Positions 29,447 to 38,591 of a stretch of 64,000 bases of DNA are shown one piece after another. Under the pieces are notes generated by a model. The model was not told the DNA's origin and did no database searches. It was given only the letters and a program-made list of their open reading frames with translations. Both the position numbers and the translations under genes were made by a program. Within the stretch, counting starts at the first letter, position 1; each line of letters starts with the position of its first letter. Source of the DNA: a virus (taxonomy: Duplodnaviria > Heunggongvirae > Uroviricota > Caudoviricetes); IMG/VR virus record IMGVR_UViG_3300020045_008999, positions 480,001 to 544,000 of that record; one strand, given 5' to 3'.

Positions 29447-29494
29447 AATGTATATATAAAATTTCACAGCTTCCTATTTGATTATTTACGATTT

Positions 29495-29704
29495 TTACAG
29501 TTCATTTATGGATATTTCCATAACATATTCGTATTTATCTTCAATCACAACACCGGAAACCAGATTATAATAGAATACTTTAAATTCTTCCCCATTTCTG
29601 ATAAAAGTAAAACCGGTATACTCACCAACACTGGTACTAATTATCCCCACATCAGTAGTGCATGTGAAAAGTTGCTTAGATTTTTTATAAAAATTGTAGA
29701 TCAT
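29495..29704 (-). CDS. hypothetical protein
   Basis: 69-aa ORF collinear with neighbours. Confidence 0.5.
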   Translation of the reverse strand: MIYNFYKKSKQLFTCTTDVGIISTSVGEYTGFTFIRNGEEFKVFYYNLVSGVVIEDKYEYVMEISINEL

Positions 29705-29741
29705 TTTGTTATATTAAGATTAATTCTTGATTATTATTGTA

Positions 29742-30665
29742 TTAAATAATAACAGGAAATTCATCTTTTATACGGATACCGCCTTTAACAGTAATGTTCT
29801 TTCTATACTTGTTCCAGCCCGCAATGGTAAGTCTGATTTTATCAGCATGCGTGATTGAACGACCTTTATCCATTTTAGCATTAGATAACCTATTTCTCAC
29901 TGCTAAAATTGGGGACCCACTTGCCAAACCATCACCAACCATTAATTTGGTCAAAAAAACTTCGGCCATTACTGGATCTTTTTCTGAAAACAAATAATGT
30001 AAACCAGCAACAATACCATTTTCCAATATTGCAACCTGGTTGTTTTTAGGTAAATTGGTCTGGAAATCAACACTATCAAACAATTTAGGAATTTGTTTAA
30101 TATACCCCGCGATGTTGTGGTTCTTTAAGGTAACATGCCCCGATGTAGCAGACTTTGAATTGTTCAACGAATTGTTTTTATACTTAAAGATAAAATTGGC
30201 AGTATTACTTACCAATCTAGGGGTACTGTGTCCCGCAATTTCAGTCACATCAACAAGCGTTCGTATTTTTCCTTGGTCCATATCGTCACATGTTGCCGGA
30301 TCATAACCAATAGAAACTCGGAATGTACTAGTTACCCCAGACATTATAATTGCTCTCAATCGATGTTGGCCATTATTCATGAATCCATCCCAATCAAAAT
30401 GTATTGGATCATTGTAAAATCGCCAAGTACCGTTAAGCATAGCTGCGGCAAATTGTTTAACAAATTGGTTGTTCAGTTTACGATTGTTCTTGATATTACT
30501 CCCTATTAAGGTTTGTGCCAATTCAGGTGTGATTGAAATTGTCATTGAAGTAATTGTAACACCACCAATTACTTCAATACTTGTTGAACATCCCTGTGCC
30601 AAATGTCCCGATAACAAAGTTGTCAATTCTAACATTTTGTTGCCATTTAAATTTGTATTACTCAT
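29742..30665 (-). CDS. ParB/sulfiredoxin-like N-terminal domain protein
   Basis: NNRKL...AMLNGTW..DPIHFD..G..NGQHRLRAI...MDQGKIRT. Confidence 0.65.
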   Translation of the reverse strand: MSNTNLNGNKMLELTTLLSGHLAQGCSTSIEVIGGVTITSMTISITPELAQTLIGSNIKNNRKLNNQFVKQFAAAMLNGTWRFYNDPIHFDWDGFMNNGQHRLRAIIMSGVTSTFRVSIGYDPATCDDMDQGKIRTLVDVTEIAGHSTPRLVSNTANFIFKYKNNSLNNSKSATSGHVTLKNHNIAGYIKQIPKLFDSVDFQTNLPKNNQVAILENGIVAGLHYLFSEKDPVMAEVFLTKLMVGDGLASGSPILAVRNRLSNAKMDKGRSITHADKIRLTIAGWNKYRKNITVKGGIRIKDEFPVII

Positions 30666-30753
30666 ATTTATAAATGTTTGTTTTTAGCAATATTGCTAAG
30701 TTAAGATTACAAAAATAGTTAATTTTATTCATATAATTATTTTTATTTATAAA

Positions 30754-31005
30754 TTAATATGTTAAAATTTCTTCAATGATAATTTTTCGATAATACATTT
30801 TAAAATCCGGTGATATATCCCTGAATTCACGCAGTATTAATAGAATAAATTCTGTATCATTTTCAGAACTTGTATAATTCATACATAGTGTTAGATATTT
30901 ATTAAGATTATCGTTGCTAATTCCAATTATTGAATAATAAATAGATTTGACAAGTAATTCATCTTTTATTACCTCATACATTTTAGTAATTTCCGCTGAC
31001 GTCAT
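30754..31005 (-). CDS. DIPxFK-RxxxIxxIL family small protein
   Basis: FRDISPDFKMYYRKIIIEEIL. Confidence 0.6.
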   Translation of the reverse strand: MTSAEITKMYEVIKDELLVKSIYYSIIGISNDNLNKYLTLCMNYTSSENDTEFILLILREFRDISPDFKMYYRKIIIEEILTY

Positions 31006-31013
31006 TAGATTCT

Positions 31014-31379
31014 CTATTTTAAAATATCATTAATTACTGAGTATCGATGTATATTGCGTAAGGTTGATATATCTTTCATGTACAACAATATAATTTCATC
31101 AATATGAGTTTTTAAATATCTATACTTAGCCATTTGTTCCCAACTATTATCAGTCAGTACCCATGCTCTGAATATATAGTATTTTATAAAACGATCGTGA
31201 TTCGAAAAATTATTATTATTATTTTCATAAGTATTTACTAGATCAGAAATAGTGTCACATCTTTCAAAACATAAAAGAATTTTAACACGATGTGTTTTTG
31301 ATATACAACGCCATCTGAGATAATTAATTGACTGTCTAAATAAATCATGTACCATTATTTTTAATGCTATTATTTTCAT
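31014..31379 (-). CDS. DIPxFK-RxxxIxxIL family small protein (divergent)
   Basis: YMKDISTLRNIHRYSVINDILK. Confidence 0.55.
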   Translation of the reverse strand: MKIIALKIMVHDLFRQSINYLRWRCISKTHRVKILLCFERCDTISDLVNTYENNNNNFSNHDRFIKYYIFRAWVLTDNSWEQMAKYRYLKTHIDEIILLYMKDISTLRNIHRYSVINDILK

Positions 31380-31615
31380 TTTATTATTTTAGCAATAAGC
31401 ATACTTCTCAACAAAATTTTAAATTCCGGTATATCCTCCTTGAAAGCTATCAGCATAAATTCGATGTAGAAGCGTAATTTTTCATCATCTTTACTATTGA
31501 TGAGTAAAGATGATGAAAAATTATCCCATCTGGTGTTACCAACCTCGTAAGTATGATTACTATAATATTCAAATATTATTTTAGTTATATGTGCTTGTGT
31601 TGTTCCTAAACCCAT
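31376..31615 (-). CDS. DIPxFK-RxxxIxxIL family small protein
   Basis: IIFEYY...FKEDIPEFKILLRSMLIAKIIK. Confidence 0.6.
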   Translation of the reverse strand: MGLGTTQAHITKIIFEYYSNHTYEVGNTRWDNFSSSLLINSKDDEKLRFYIEFMLIAFKEDIPEFKILLRSMLIAKIIK

Positions 31616-31947
31616 TATCCTAATAATGTAGTAATTGCTTCATTTCGTTTTTTATTCTTAAACTCCGGTATGTCATGTTTGTATAATTCCATTATGTGTG
31701 AAGTTGTATGTACATATTGAGCATAATCAAATTTACCACATGGTAAGCTATTAAGATATTCAATAAAGATTTCCCGACGAGTTAAATCATTTGATAGTGG
31801 TACGACTTTATAATATTCAAATACCACAGAAACCACATGATTATACTCACTAAGTACTTTTGATACATCCCTCCTTTGTGATCTAGTTTTAAAATTTATA
31901 AAAAGAATTATAATATTTATAGCTATTATTATACCGTAAACAATCAT
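31615..31947 (-). CDS. DIPxFK-RxxxIxxIL family, N-terminal TM helix
   Basis: VVFEYY...YKHDIPEFKNKKRNEAITTLLG. Confidence 0.6.
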   Translation of the reverse strand: MIVYGIIIAINIIILFINFKTRSQRRDVSKVLSEYNHVVSVVFEYYKVVPLSNDLTRREIFIEYLNSLPCGKFDYAQYVHTTSHIMELYKHDIPEFKNKKRNEAITTLLG

Positions 31948-32273
31948 TTATTACCTATGATTTCATTAATAATTCGTTCTCTGTGAGCTTCTTTAAATTT
32001 TGGAATTAAATCCTGATATAATTCATATATTTCATTTGTCAATATGGTATATCCATGTGAACTAACATTCGAATAACCCTTTTTTATTATCTTAGTGAAT
32101 TTATGATACTCATCACCATATAGATTATATTTTGCCTCATATTTAAATACTAATAGAACGACTTTTATATACAAATCCCGTACTTTCTTGTGTTGTATTT
32201 GTCTCCTAAACTGGTCATAAAAAGCGTAAATGGTTATTAATAATATAATTATTGGGATATAAATGTACCACAT
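31944..32273 (-). CDS. DIPxFK-RxxxIxxIL family, N-terminal TM helix
   Basis: LVFKYE...YQDLIPKFKEAHRERIINEIIG; host-type TATATTTG at 32286-32293. Confidence 0.6.
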   Translation of the reverse strand: MWYIYIPIIILLITIYAFYDQFRRQIQHKKVRDLYIKVVLLVFKYEAKYNLYGDEYHKFTKIIKKGYSNVSSHGYTILTNEIYELYQDLIPKFKEAHRERIINEIIGNK

Positions 32274-32318
32274 ATACTTTTTTCACAAATATAGTAAAAT
32301 ATTAAAACAATACTACAT

Positions 32319-33179
32319 TTATTTCTTATTTTCATCGTAATACTTTTGCATACATTTTTTAGCATCATCAGATACTAAGTTCATGGTTTTTTCAATTTCA
32401 CGAAATAACATTTGTCCGCTTTCATACATATCATCATACATACATTCCAATACATCCAACCAACATTCTTTACCATGTAATACGCCAAATGGATCACCTT
32501 TACCGATTAGTTCTGGATATTTATGAGAAGCTATGAACCAATTACCATCATATTTATGAGTATATTTGATTTTATTATATTGATCATCCTTGGGCATTAT
32601 CCTAAATAGAATTGCTTGTTGATTCCAATTAGAGAAACCAGAAAAATTTTTAGAACACCAAGCAGTATTTGCAGCAGTTTCTCTTGCAGATGTAAAATTA
32701 AGAGGTACATAAATGTCGATTTCATTATCGGAATATACAATGTCAAATTTTGCATTTTCCGTGTCTTGTAAATATTCATCATATAATGGCATCATCTTAT
32801 TAACAAACATATGTAATGAATATTTATTGATATCTTTCTCTATTAAATTACGAATCACTCCACCAATCGCATATTGATTTTCTTTGAACTTATTTCTAAA
32901 CCAATTAGTAGAGAATATGAATAAATAAGTGCTCAAATTATCAATATACTTTTCATCACCCAATAGATCATTGGTAAGTTGTGCATTTTTATACGTCTGA
33001 ATTAACCACTTTGAATATTTACCTGGTTTAGAAAAGTCTTTTTTCCTAACCGTGGTTGGATCTATGTTTATAATTTTATAAAATATCTTTTTATCAATAT
33101 TAGAATAATATTTAGAATGGATTGTTTCGGTCCCTAAAGTCGCTTCGTTGATAAAATCATAATATTTTTTAAGCCCCAT
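32319..33179 (-). CDS. hypothetical protein with capsid-targeting-like N-terminus
   Basis: MGLKKYYDFINEA; late-type motif at 33198-33208; GKYSKWLI and VPLNFTSARETAANTAWC. Confidence 0.6.
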   Translation of the reverse strand: MGLKKYYDFINEATLGTETIHSKYYSNIDKKIFYKIINIDPTTVRKKDFSKPGKYSKWLIQTYKNAQLTNDLLGDEKYIDNLSTYLFIFSTNWFRNKFKENQYAIGGVIRNLIEKDINKYSLHMFVNKMMPLYDEYLQDTENAKFDIVYSDNEIDIYVPLNFTSARETAANTAWCSKNFSGFSNWNQQAILFRIMPKDDQYNKIKYTHKYDGNWFIASHKYPELIGKGDPFGVLHGKECWLDVLECMYDDMYESGQMLFREIEKTMNLVSDDAKKCMQKYYDENKK

Positions 33180-33259
33180 GTTTAAAATTCTTTAGGGTAT
33201 ATATTAAAAAGGAAGCATGTACATTTCTATATATATATCACAAAAATAACACACCAATT

Positions 33260-33958
33260 ATGGAAATGAATATCATTGGTATTGATCCCAGTTTAATATC
33301 AACAGCAGTCGTAATAAATGGTGTATTGTATAATTATTGTAGAGAAAAAGATGCCACAATTAAAAATGGATTAGCTAAATGGTTCAGAATGTGCGAAGAA
33401 TATATGAATCTGAGATATATTAGTTACCGAACATTTGAGGGATATTCAAATGGGGAATTAATAAAATTAAAGGATTATGATGCGATAACCGATATGATTA
33501 TCCATGACATCGAAAAGGCTATAGATAAAACGAAGCCAACCAGAATTGGGATAGAGGGCTACAGTTATTCGAGTGATGCTGGGGCCATAATTGATTTGGT
33601 CACGTTTTCCACATTATTGCGTAAAAAATTATTTGATCATATCAGCGAAGACATATTAGTATTATCACCAACATCACTTAAATTGGAGTCTTGTAAACTA
33701 ACCTATCCGGTAAAAGATGTTGGTAAAAAGAAACCAAAGTTAGAGTGGCGAAATTACCAAGGTATAGCCGGTGGTAAATTTTTAAAGAATGATATGTACA
33801 TGGCCCTGGTCGAAAATCAAAATCTAAATAGTGATTGGGTAAAACACCTACGCGATATCAAAGACGAAATGTTTGAAGGGAAAACTATCAAGAAACCGTA
33901 TGAAGATATGAATGATGCATTTTTGATATACACATTAATTCATGAAAAAAAGATATAA
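33260..33958 (+). CDS. RuvC-like Holliday junction resolvase
   Basis: RNase H-fold acidic motifs IIGIDPSLISTA, IGIEGYSY, EDMNDAF. Confidence 0.75.
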   Translation: MEMNIIGIDPSLISTAVVINGVLYNYCREKDATIKNGLAKWFRMCEEYMNLRYISYRTFEGYSNGELIKLKDYDAITDMIIHDIEKAIDKTKPTRIGIEGYSYSSDAGAIIDLVTFSTLLRKKLFDHISEDILVLSPTSLKLESCKLTYPVKDVGKKKPKLEWRNYQGIAGGKFLKNDMYMALVENQNLNSDWVKHLRDIKDEMFEGKTIKKPYEDMNDAFLIYTLIHEKKI

Positions 33959-33980
33959 TCATTTAGATTATATCTTTTTT
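33945..33980. terminator. bidirectional intrinsic terminator
   Basis: AAAAAAAGATATAATC/GATTATATCTTTTTT inverted repeat. Confidence 0.65.
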
Positions 33981-33985
33981 CATAA

Positions 33986-36016
33986 TTAATTATAAACTCG
34001 TACCTCAACTGAGGCCGATGCTAGAACCCCATCAACAGCCCCACCAGAGTGGTTCGCTGTAGTAACCATAATCGTATTATCAGAAATTCTGGCAATTTTC
34101 ACTATATCGGCACCAATTCCAAGTCCACCCGAAATAGTGAGATACGTTTTACCATCCGTAAATGCCCCTGTTCGATTACCATAGTAATATCCAACCCCAC
34201 CATATGTCCATGTAATTGGTGCCGATAAGGTACTTTCCAATACCGTAGGTGATGGTGCTGATGTACCAGACTGACTTACCAATGCTACATAAATTTTATA
34301 AGGTCTAATAGCAGCAACATCTTCCACTAATGCAACAACACCATCTTTATCCGGAAATGAAAAAGTTTTAGGAACCGAAGTTGATATTAATTTAGTATCT
34401 AATCTAGCAAAACCAGACAATGTAGTGGAAGCAATTCCAATATGATCACCTGATCTTTTTAAAATTGGCGAACTACCACCACTAGTAAAACCATTATCTA
34501 CTGAAAATTGAATATAATCACTGAATGTTTTAGTGCCGGCTATGGACTGACCACCGGTAATTTTAACAGTTGTTGCCAAATCAGTATCATCCAGTAAAAT
34601 ACCATTTCTATTTTGTAAACTATAAACTCGGTTAGCAGTATTTACATTAGTAAAATATGATGAGAATGTATCGCCGACGTTTCTTAATAATAATTTACCA
34701 TCCAAAAATGTTTTATCACCAGTCACCGTCTGTACGGTGGCAAGTAACATATCACCAGATCCACCACCGCTAACAATATTACCAGTACCTATTACACTCT
34801 CACCATTAATGGTTTTAAAATCACTTGTGGTTGCCAGTGTATAATCACCAGCAAGCGGCATTGCCGGTACAAAAATATTTGTAAACGCAACTGGGTTTAT
34901 AAATTTAAGACGGGTGTCAAAAGTAGCATTTCCTTGTAATATATCAGTTTCGCCATTAGTTACACTGAAATATCCTTGTTTCAAAACATCACCACCACCA
35001 TCTGCCAATACACTACCAACAGTTACAAAGTTATGTCTAGCAAAAATTTCTGAATATTTAGTCTCATCTGAATTCAATATTACCGATTTAAATTCGCGAT
35101 CACCTGGTAAACCAGTAAGAATATTAAATGAATCAGTACCTAATACAACACCACCACCGGTTTCTATAACACTTTGTAAATCCTGAGGGGTGCCACCGGT
35201 TACTATAGTTATCTCACCCTGAGCATTTGCAACCTGACCATTAATCTTAATTGGTAAATTATAAACACCAGGGGATGTGGGTGCGGGGAATGAAATTGTA
35301 CCCGTCTCAACTGGTAGATTAAAATTTACAGTTGTGTCTTTATTTAAGGTTTCATTTTTTTGATAAAAATAAAAATCACCATTATTAACATTAATTCCAC
35401 CTTCTTTAAATGGACTATGATTATAAAAATTAATACTATTAGGATTAAAATATAACTCGGTATGATTAGTTCCAATAGCGTCTGCATAAACACCTACATT
35501 AAAATTCCTATAATTCACCTCCCCACCTAAAATACTAACAAATGATACACCAGCGTCTTTAGATGCAGATTGACCGTTATCCAATACACTTTGTAAATCA
35601 GGTGCACTACCATTAGATTCAACACTATTGATTAAGATTAAATCAGTACTAGTAATATTTATTAGTCCAGATGATTTTTCGCGCAATATAAATAGCTTTC
35701 GTTCATCAACTGGACCACTTACCTCAAAATAATATAATTGCCCCTTAGAAACCGTAATGAGAAGTGTGTTGATGTATTGAGCTATGATTGTAGAGGTAAG
35801 ATCTTCATAGTTTGAAACTCCGGTATCAGTATACGAAAATTGAACCAATAAATTTTCAATTTCCATTCCACCAATTTGCCAGACTATTCCATCACTATCT
35901 TTTACGCTTAATTCATTGTATTGATTGAATCCTAATGCTAATTGTCCACTTAATGGAATATCAACATCATTCCCATCCCCATTGAAAATATGTGTTCCTA
36001 ATATAACTATACTCAT
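33986..36016 (-). CDS. tail fibre / receptor-binding-like protein
   Basis: G/S/T-rich; repeats PDLQSVLDNG and QDLQSVIETG, QTVTGDKTF and QSIAGTKTF, KTINGESVIGTGNI; late-type motif upstream. Confidence 0.7.
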   Translation of the reverse strand: MSIVILGTHIFNGDGNDVDIPLSGQLALGFNQYNELSVKDSDGIVWQIGGMEIENLLVQFSYTDTGVSNYEDLTSTIIAQYINTLLITVSKGQLYYFEVSGPVDERKLFILREKSSGLINITSTDLILINSVESNGSAPDLQSVLDNGQSASKDAGVSFVSILGGEVNYRNFNVGVYADAIGTNHTELYFNPNSINFYNHSPFKEGGINVNNGDFYFYQKNETLNKDTTVNFNLPVETGTISFPAPTSPGVYNLPIKINGQVANAQGEITIVTGGTPQDLQSVIETGGGVVLGTDSFNILTGLPGDREFKSVILNSDETKYSEIFARHNFVTVGSVLADGGGDVLKQGYFSVTNGETDILQGNATFDTRLKFINPVAFTNIFVPAMPLAGDYTLATTSDFKTINGESVIGTGNIVSGGGSGDMLLATVQTVTGDKTFLDGKLLLRNVGDTFSSYFTNVNTANRVYSLQNRNGILLDDTDLATTVKITGGQSIAGTKTFSDYIQFSVDNGFTSGGSSPILKRSGDHIGIASTTLSGFARLDTKLISTSVPKTFSFPDKDGVVALVEDVAAIRPYKIYVALVSQSGTSAPSPTVLESTLSAPITWTYGGVGYYYGNRTGAFTDGKTYLTISGGLGIGADIVKIARISDNTIMVTTANHSGGAVDGVLASASVEVRVYN

Positions 36017-36060
36017 AATGTAAATTACTTTACACTATATATTAAAAACTGAATAAGATT

Positions 36061-36288
36061 TTACTTTAATATGTCTCTAATATTATTATTTCGAGTCCGC
36101 ACTTTCTCATATTCATCCGGCTCCATTATATCATCATCCGTAATTAGTTCATGTACAAATTTATTAGATTCATTATAATATGACACAACATACTTATCAT
36201 TATCTTCTCGAATTTTAACAATAGTAGCTATTTTCAAATTTTTAGATAATAAGACCCGATCACCTATATAATGATTCATCTTTTTCAT
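36061..36288 (-). CDS. small SH3/KOW-like protein with C-terminal RxxxIxxIL
   Basis: IGDRVLL..IATIVKI; ends RNNNIRDILK. Confidence 0.55.
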   Translation of the reverse strand: MKKMNHYIGDRVLLSKNLKIATIVKIREDNDKYVVSYYNESNKFVHELITDDDIMEPDEYEKVRTRNNNIRDILK

Positions 36289-36585
36289 AATGATAATCCT
36301 AATTAATTTATTTTACTTACCAGATATATATAAATATTATAATATTATTTATATTATATATCATGATGTTGCACCTTTTTTTAAAATATAACTAACTTTT
36401 CTTACAAAAAAACCTCATTTAAATTCTTTAATAATTAAAATTTTATCTAGATACCCAGATTGTCCCATTATGCCATACAGGTGTCACTACAAGTATCACT
36501 ACAGGTGAATTAATTACCAAATACAATATTATGAATCGCTAAATTAGAAAACGCACTTAGTGAAAAGTTATCCATCTTGAAATTA

Positions 36586-38574
36586 TTATGAAATCCAATT
36601 CGTTCCATTCCAAAAAACAGGACATTTTACCGTTCCGCCTCCTGTTAATGTTCCTAAGTAAGTAGGTGCATTTGCGTCAGTTACATATAAAGTTTGTCCA
36701 AATTCTTTAGTACCAGTTGGCAATGTAGCAACTGTAAATCTATTAAATGAAATACTAGATAATATACTTAAATCATTATATTGGAAAAGATTACCTATAT
36801 TATTATAATTAAAAAAGAATCCTATATTATTATAACTAAAACCACCACCTACTGAATTTGATTGGAAATTATTATCTATTGTATTTGAAGTAAAATTATG
36901 TTTAATGTGGTTCCTTCTGAAATCATCACTTATAGTATTTAAAGCAAAGAAGTCTCCTACAGTATTAGAGTAAAAACCATTACCTATAGTATTGTCTTGG
37001 AAGTCGTTGCCTATTAAATTATCGTGACATGAATTACCTATAACTGTATTGAATAGTTGGTATGTTTTTATAAAGTTATTATAAACATTATTATAATCTT
37101 CAAATAATAAAAAATCCGTACCACTTCTATCGTACTTTACATGCCTCCAGTCTGTCCCTATATCATTATTTTGTTTAGTATCTATTCTACGATAAATTTT
37201 ACCTTTTGTAAATCCTTCACTTCCATATCCATTTCCTATATCCCCAGTAACTTCATAATAAATTATATCTTGAGGGTATAATTTAGAGTAAGATATATTA
37301 CTAATTTTATTAATATCCAATGCGGTGAGATATAAAGGTTCTATGATTTCACTAGATTTTAACACTCCTGTTTGTGGCTGAGTGTAAACGGTCATATAAT
37401 CGTTTAATAAATAAGTATCTCCTTTAACCAAACCATTATTAGCTATAAGTGTGGTTAATTCTAAATATGTTACACTTTGTAAATTTTGGGTACCTGATAA
37501 AGTAACATTACCATTGACATCAGCTTGAATACCATTAACTGATGTAGCCAAAATATAGGCTCCGGTTGTGTTAGGTGCTGGAAAATTTATTGTTGTATTT
37601 GCAACAACAGGTGTTGTAATACCTATAGTTGATGAAAACAAACCCAGTTGAGTACTAATGCCAAGTACACCATTATCTATTCTTATCTGAGAAATGTTTT
37701 CAGTTGAAAAAGGATTTAAAATATTTGAACCCTTTCCTACAATTATAACATAGCCGCTATTCAAAGTCAATTGTGTTTCTGATGAAGAATCTTCGCTATA
37801 AATTGATACATCGAATTTAGTATTAGCAGCATCACCTGATTCTACACCAAAGTAAGCATTACCACTACCAAAATCAGCATAGCTTTGGGCTCCACCAGCA
37901 TCTATTACATTTTGTAAAGTAGGTACATTAGCTTGAAACCATTCTTTAGTAGTAAGAATTTTACCTGTAACATCTTCATTAATTAATGCTGTAGTTAAAC
38001 TCGGTGCTTCTATAGACCCATTCAATCTTACAATAAGTGCATCGCTTCTTGTAAGTACATTATAATCACTATCATTATTTGCAATCGTACCGTTACCTAC
38101 CACAAATAATGGTTTATTTGTAGAGTTGAAATCTATTATACCCTCTAGTATAATATTGGATGCTTGCCCCACTACGGTAGTATTCATACTGGTAACATCG
38201 TGACCAATGCCAAATAATGAGTTAGTATAACCAGCATCTCTTAAATTTATCCCGGCATCAAAACTACCAATTCCATTGTTTATGATATCATTTCCAAATA
38301 CAATAGAACTATAATTGCCAGCTCTGACATAATTACCAACTGCGAATGAAGATGTACCCACCGCACCGAAAGTATCCCCCACGGTATCACTCCAGCTAAA
38401 ATCAACAGCATCCATACCGACATTGCCATATACCAGAGGATTTCGATCGGTTAGTATATAACCAAATCCATTACCCTCATCTATTTTTAACAGCCCCGAA
38501 CTAATTACTAGTTCAATATTACCATTTGAATCCCCTTCAATTCCATTAAAACTACGTAAAAATGATTTATTCAT
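36586..38574 (-). CDS. tail fibre-like protein with Asn-rich beta-helix repeats
   Basis: SFAVG / LFVVGNG...RSDALIV, PTLQNVIDAG, NxIGNxFxx repeats, C-terminal TVATLPTG...VFWNGTNW. Confidence 0.7.
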   Translation of the reverse strand: MNKSFLRSFNGIEGDSNGNIELVISSGLLKIDEGNGFGYILTDRNPLVYGNVGMDAVDFSWSDTVGDTFGAVGTSSFAVGNYVRAGNYSSIVFGNDIINNGIGSFDAGINLRDAGYTNSLFGIGHDVTSMNTTVVGQASNIILEGIIDFNSTNKPLFVVGNGTIANNDSDYNVLTRSDALIVRLNGSIEAPSLTTALINEDVTGKILTTKEWFQANVPTLQNVIDAGGAQSYADFGSGNAYFGVESGDAANTKFDVSIYSEDSSSETQLTLNSGYVIIVGKGSNILNPFSTENISQIRIDNGVLGISTQLGLFSSTIGITTPVVANTTINFPAPNTTGAYILATSVNGIQADVNGNVTLSGTQNLQSVTYLELTTLIANNGLVKGDTYLLNDYMTVYTQPQTGVLKSSEIIEPLYLTALDINKISNISYSKLYPQDIIYYEVTGDIGNGYGSEGFTKGKIYRRIDTKQNNDIGTDWRHVKYDRSGTDFLLFEDYNNVYNNFIKTYQLFNTVIGNSCHDNLIGNDFQDNTIGNGFYSNTVGDFFALNTISDDFRRNHIKHNFTSNTIDNNFQSNSVGGGFSYNNIGFFFNYNNIGNLFQYNDLSILSSISFNRFTVATLPTGTKEFGQTLYVTDANAPTYLGTLTGGGTVKCPVFWNGTNWIS

Positions 38575-38591
38575 CTATTCATTATTTATTT

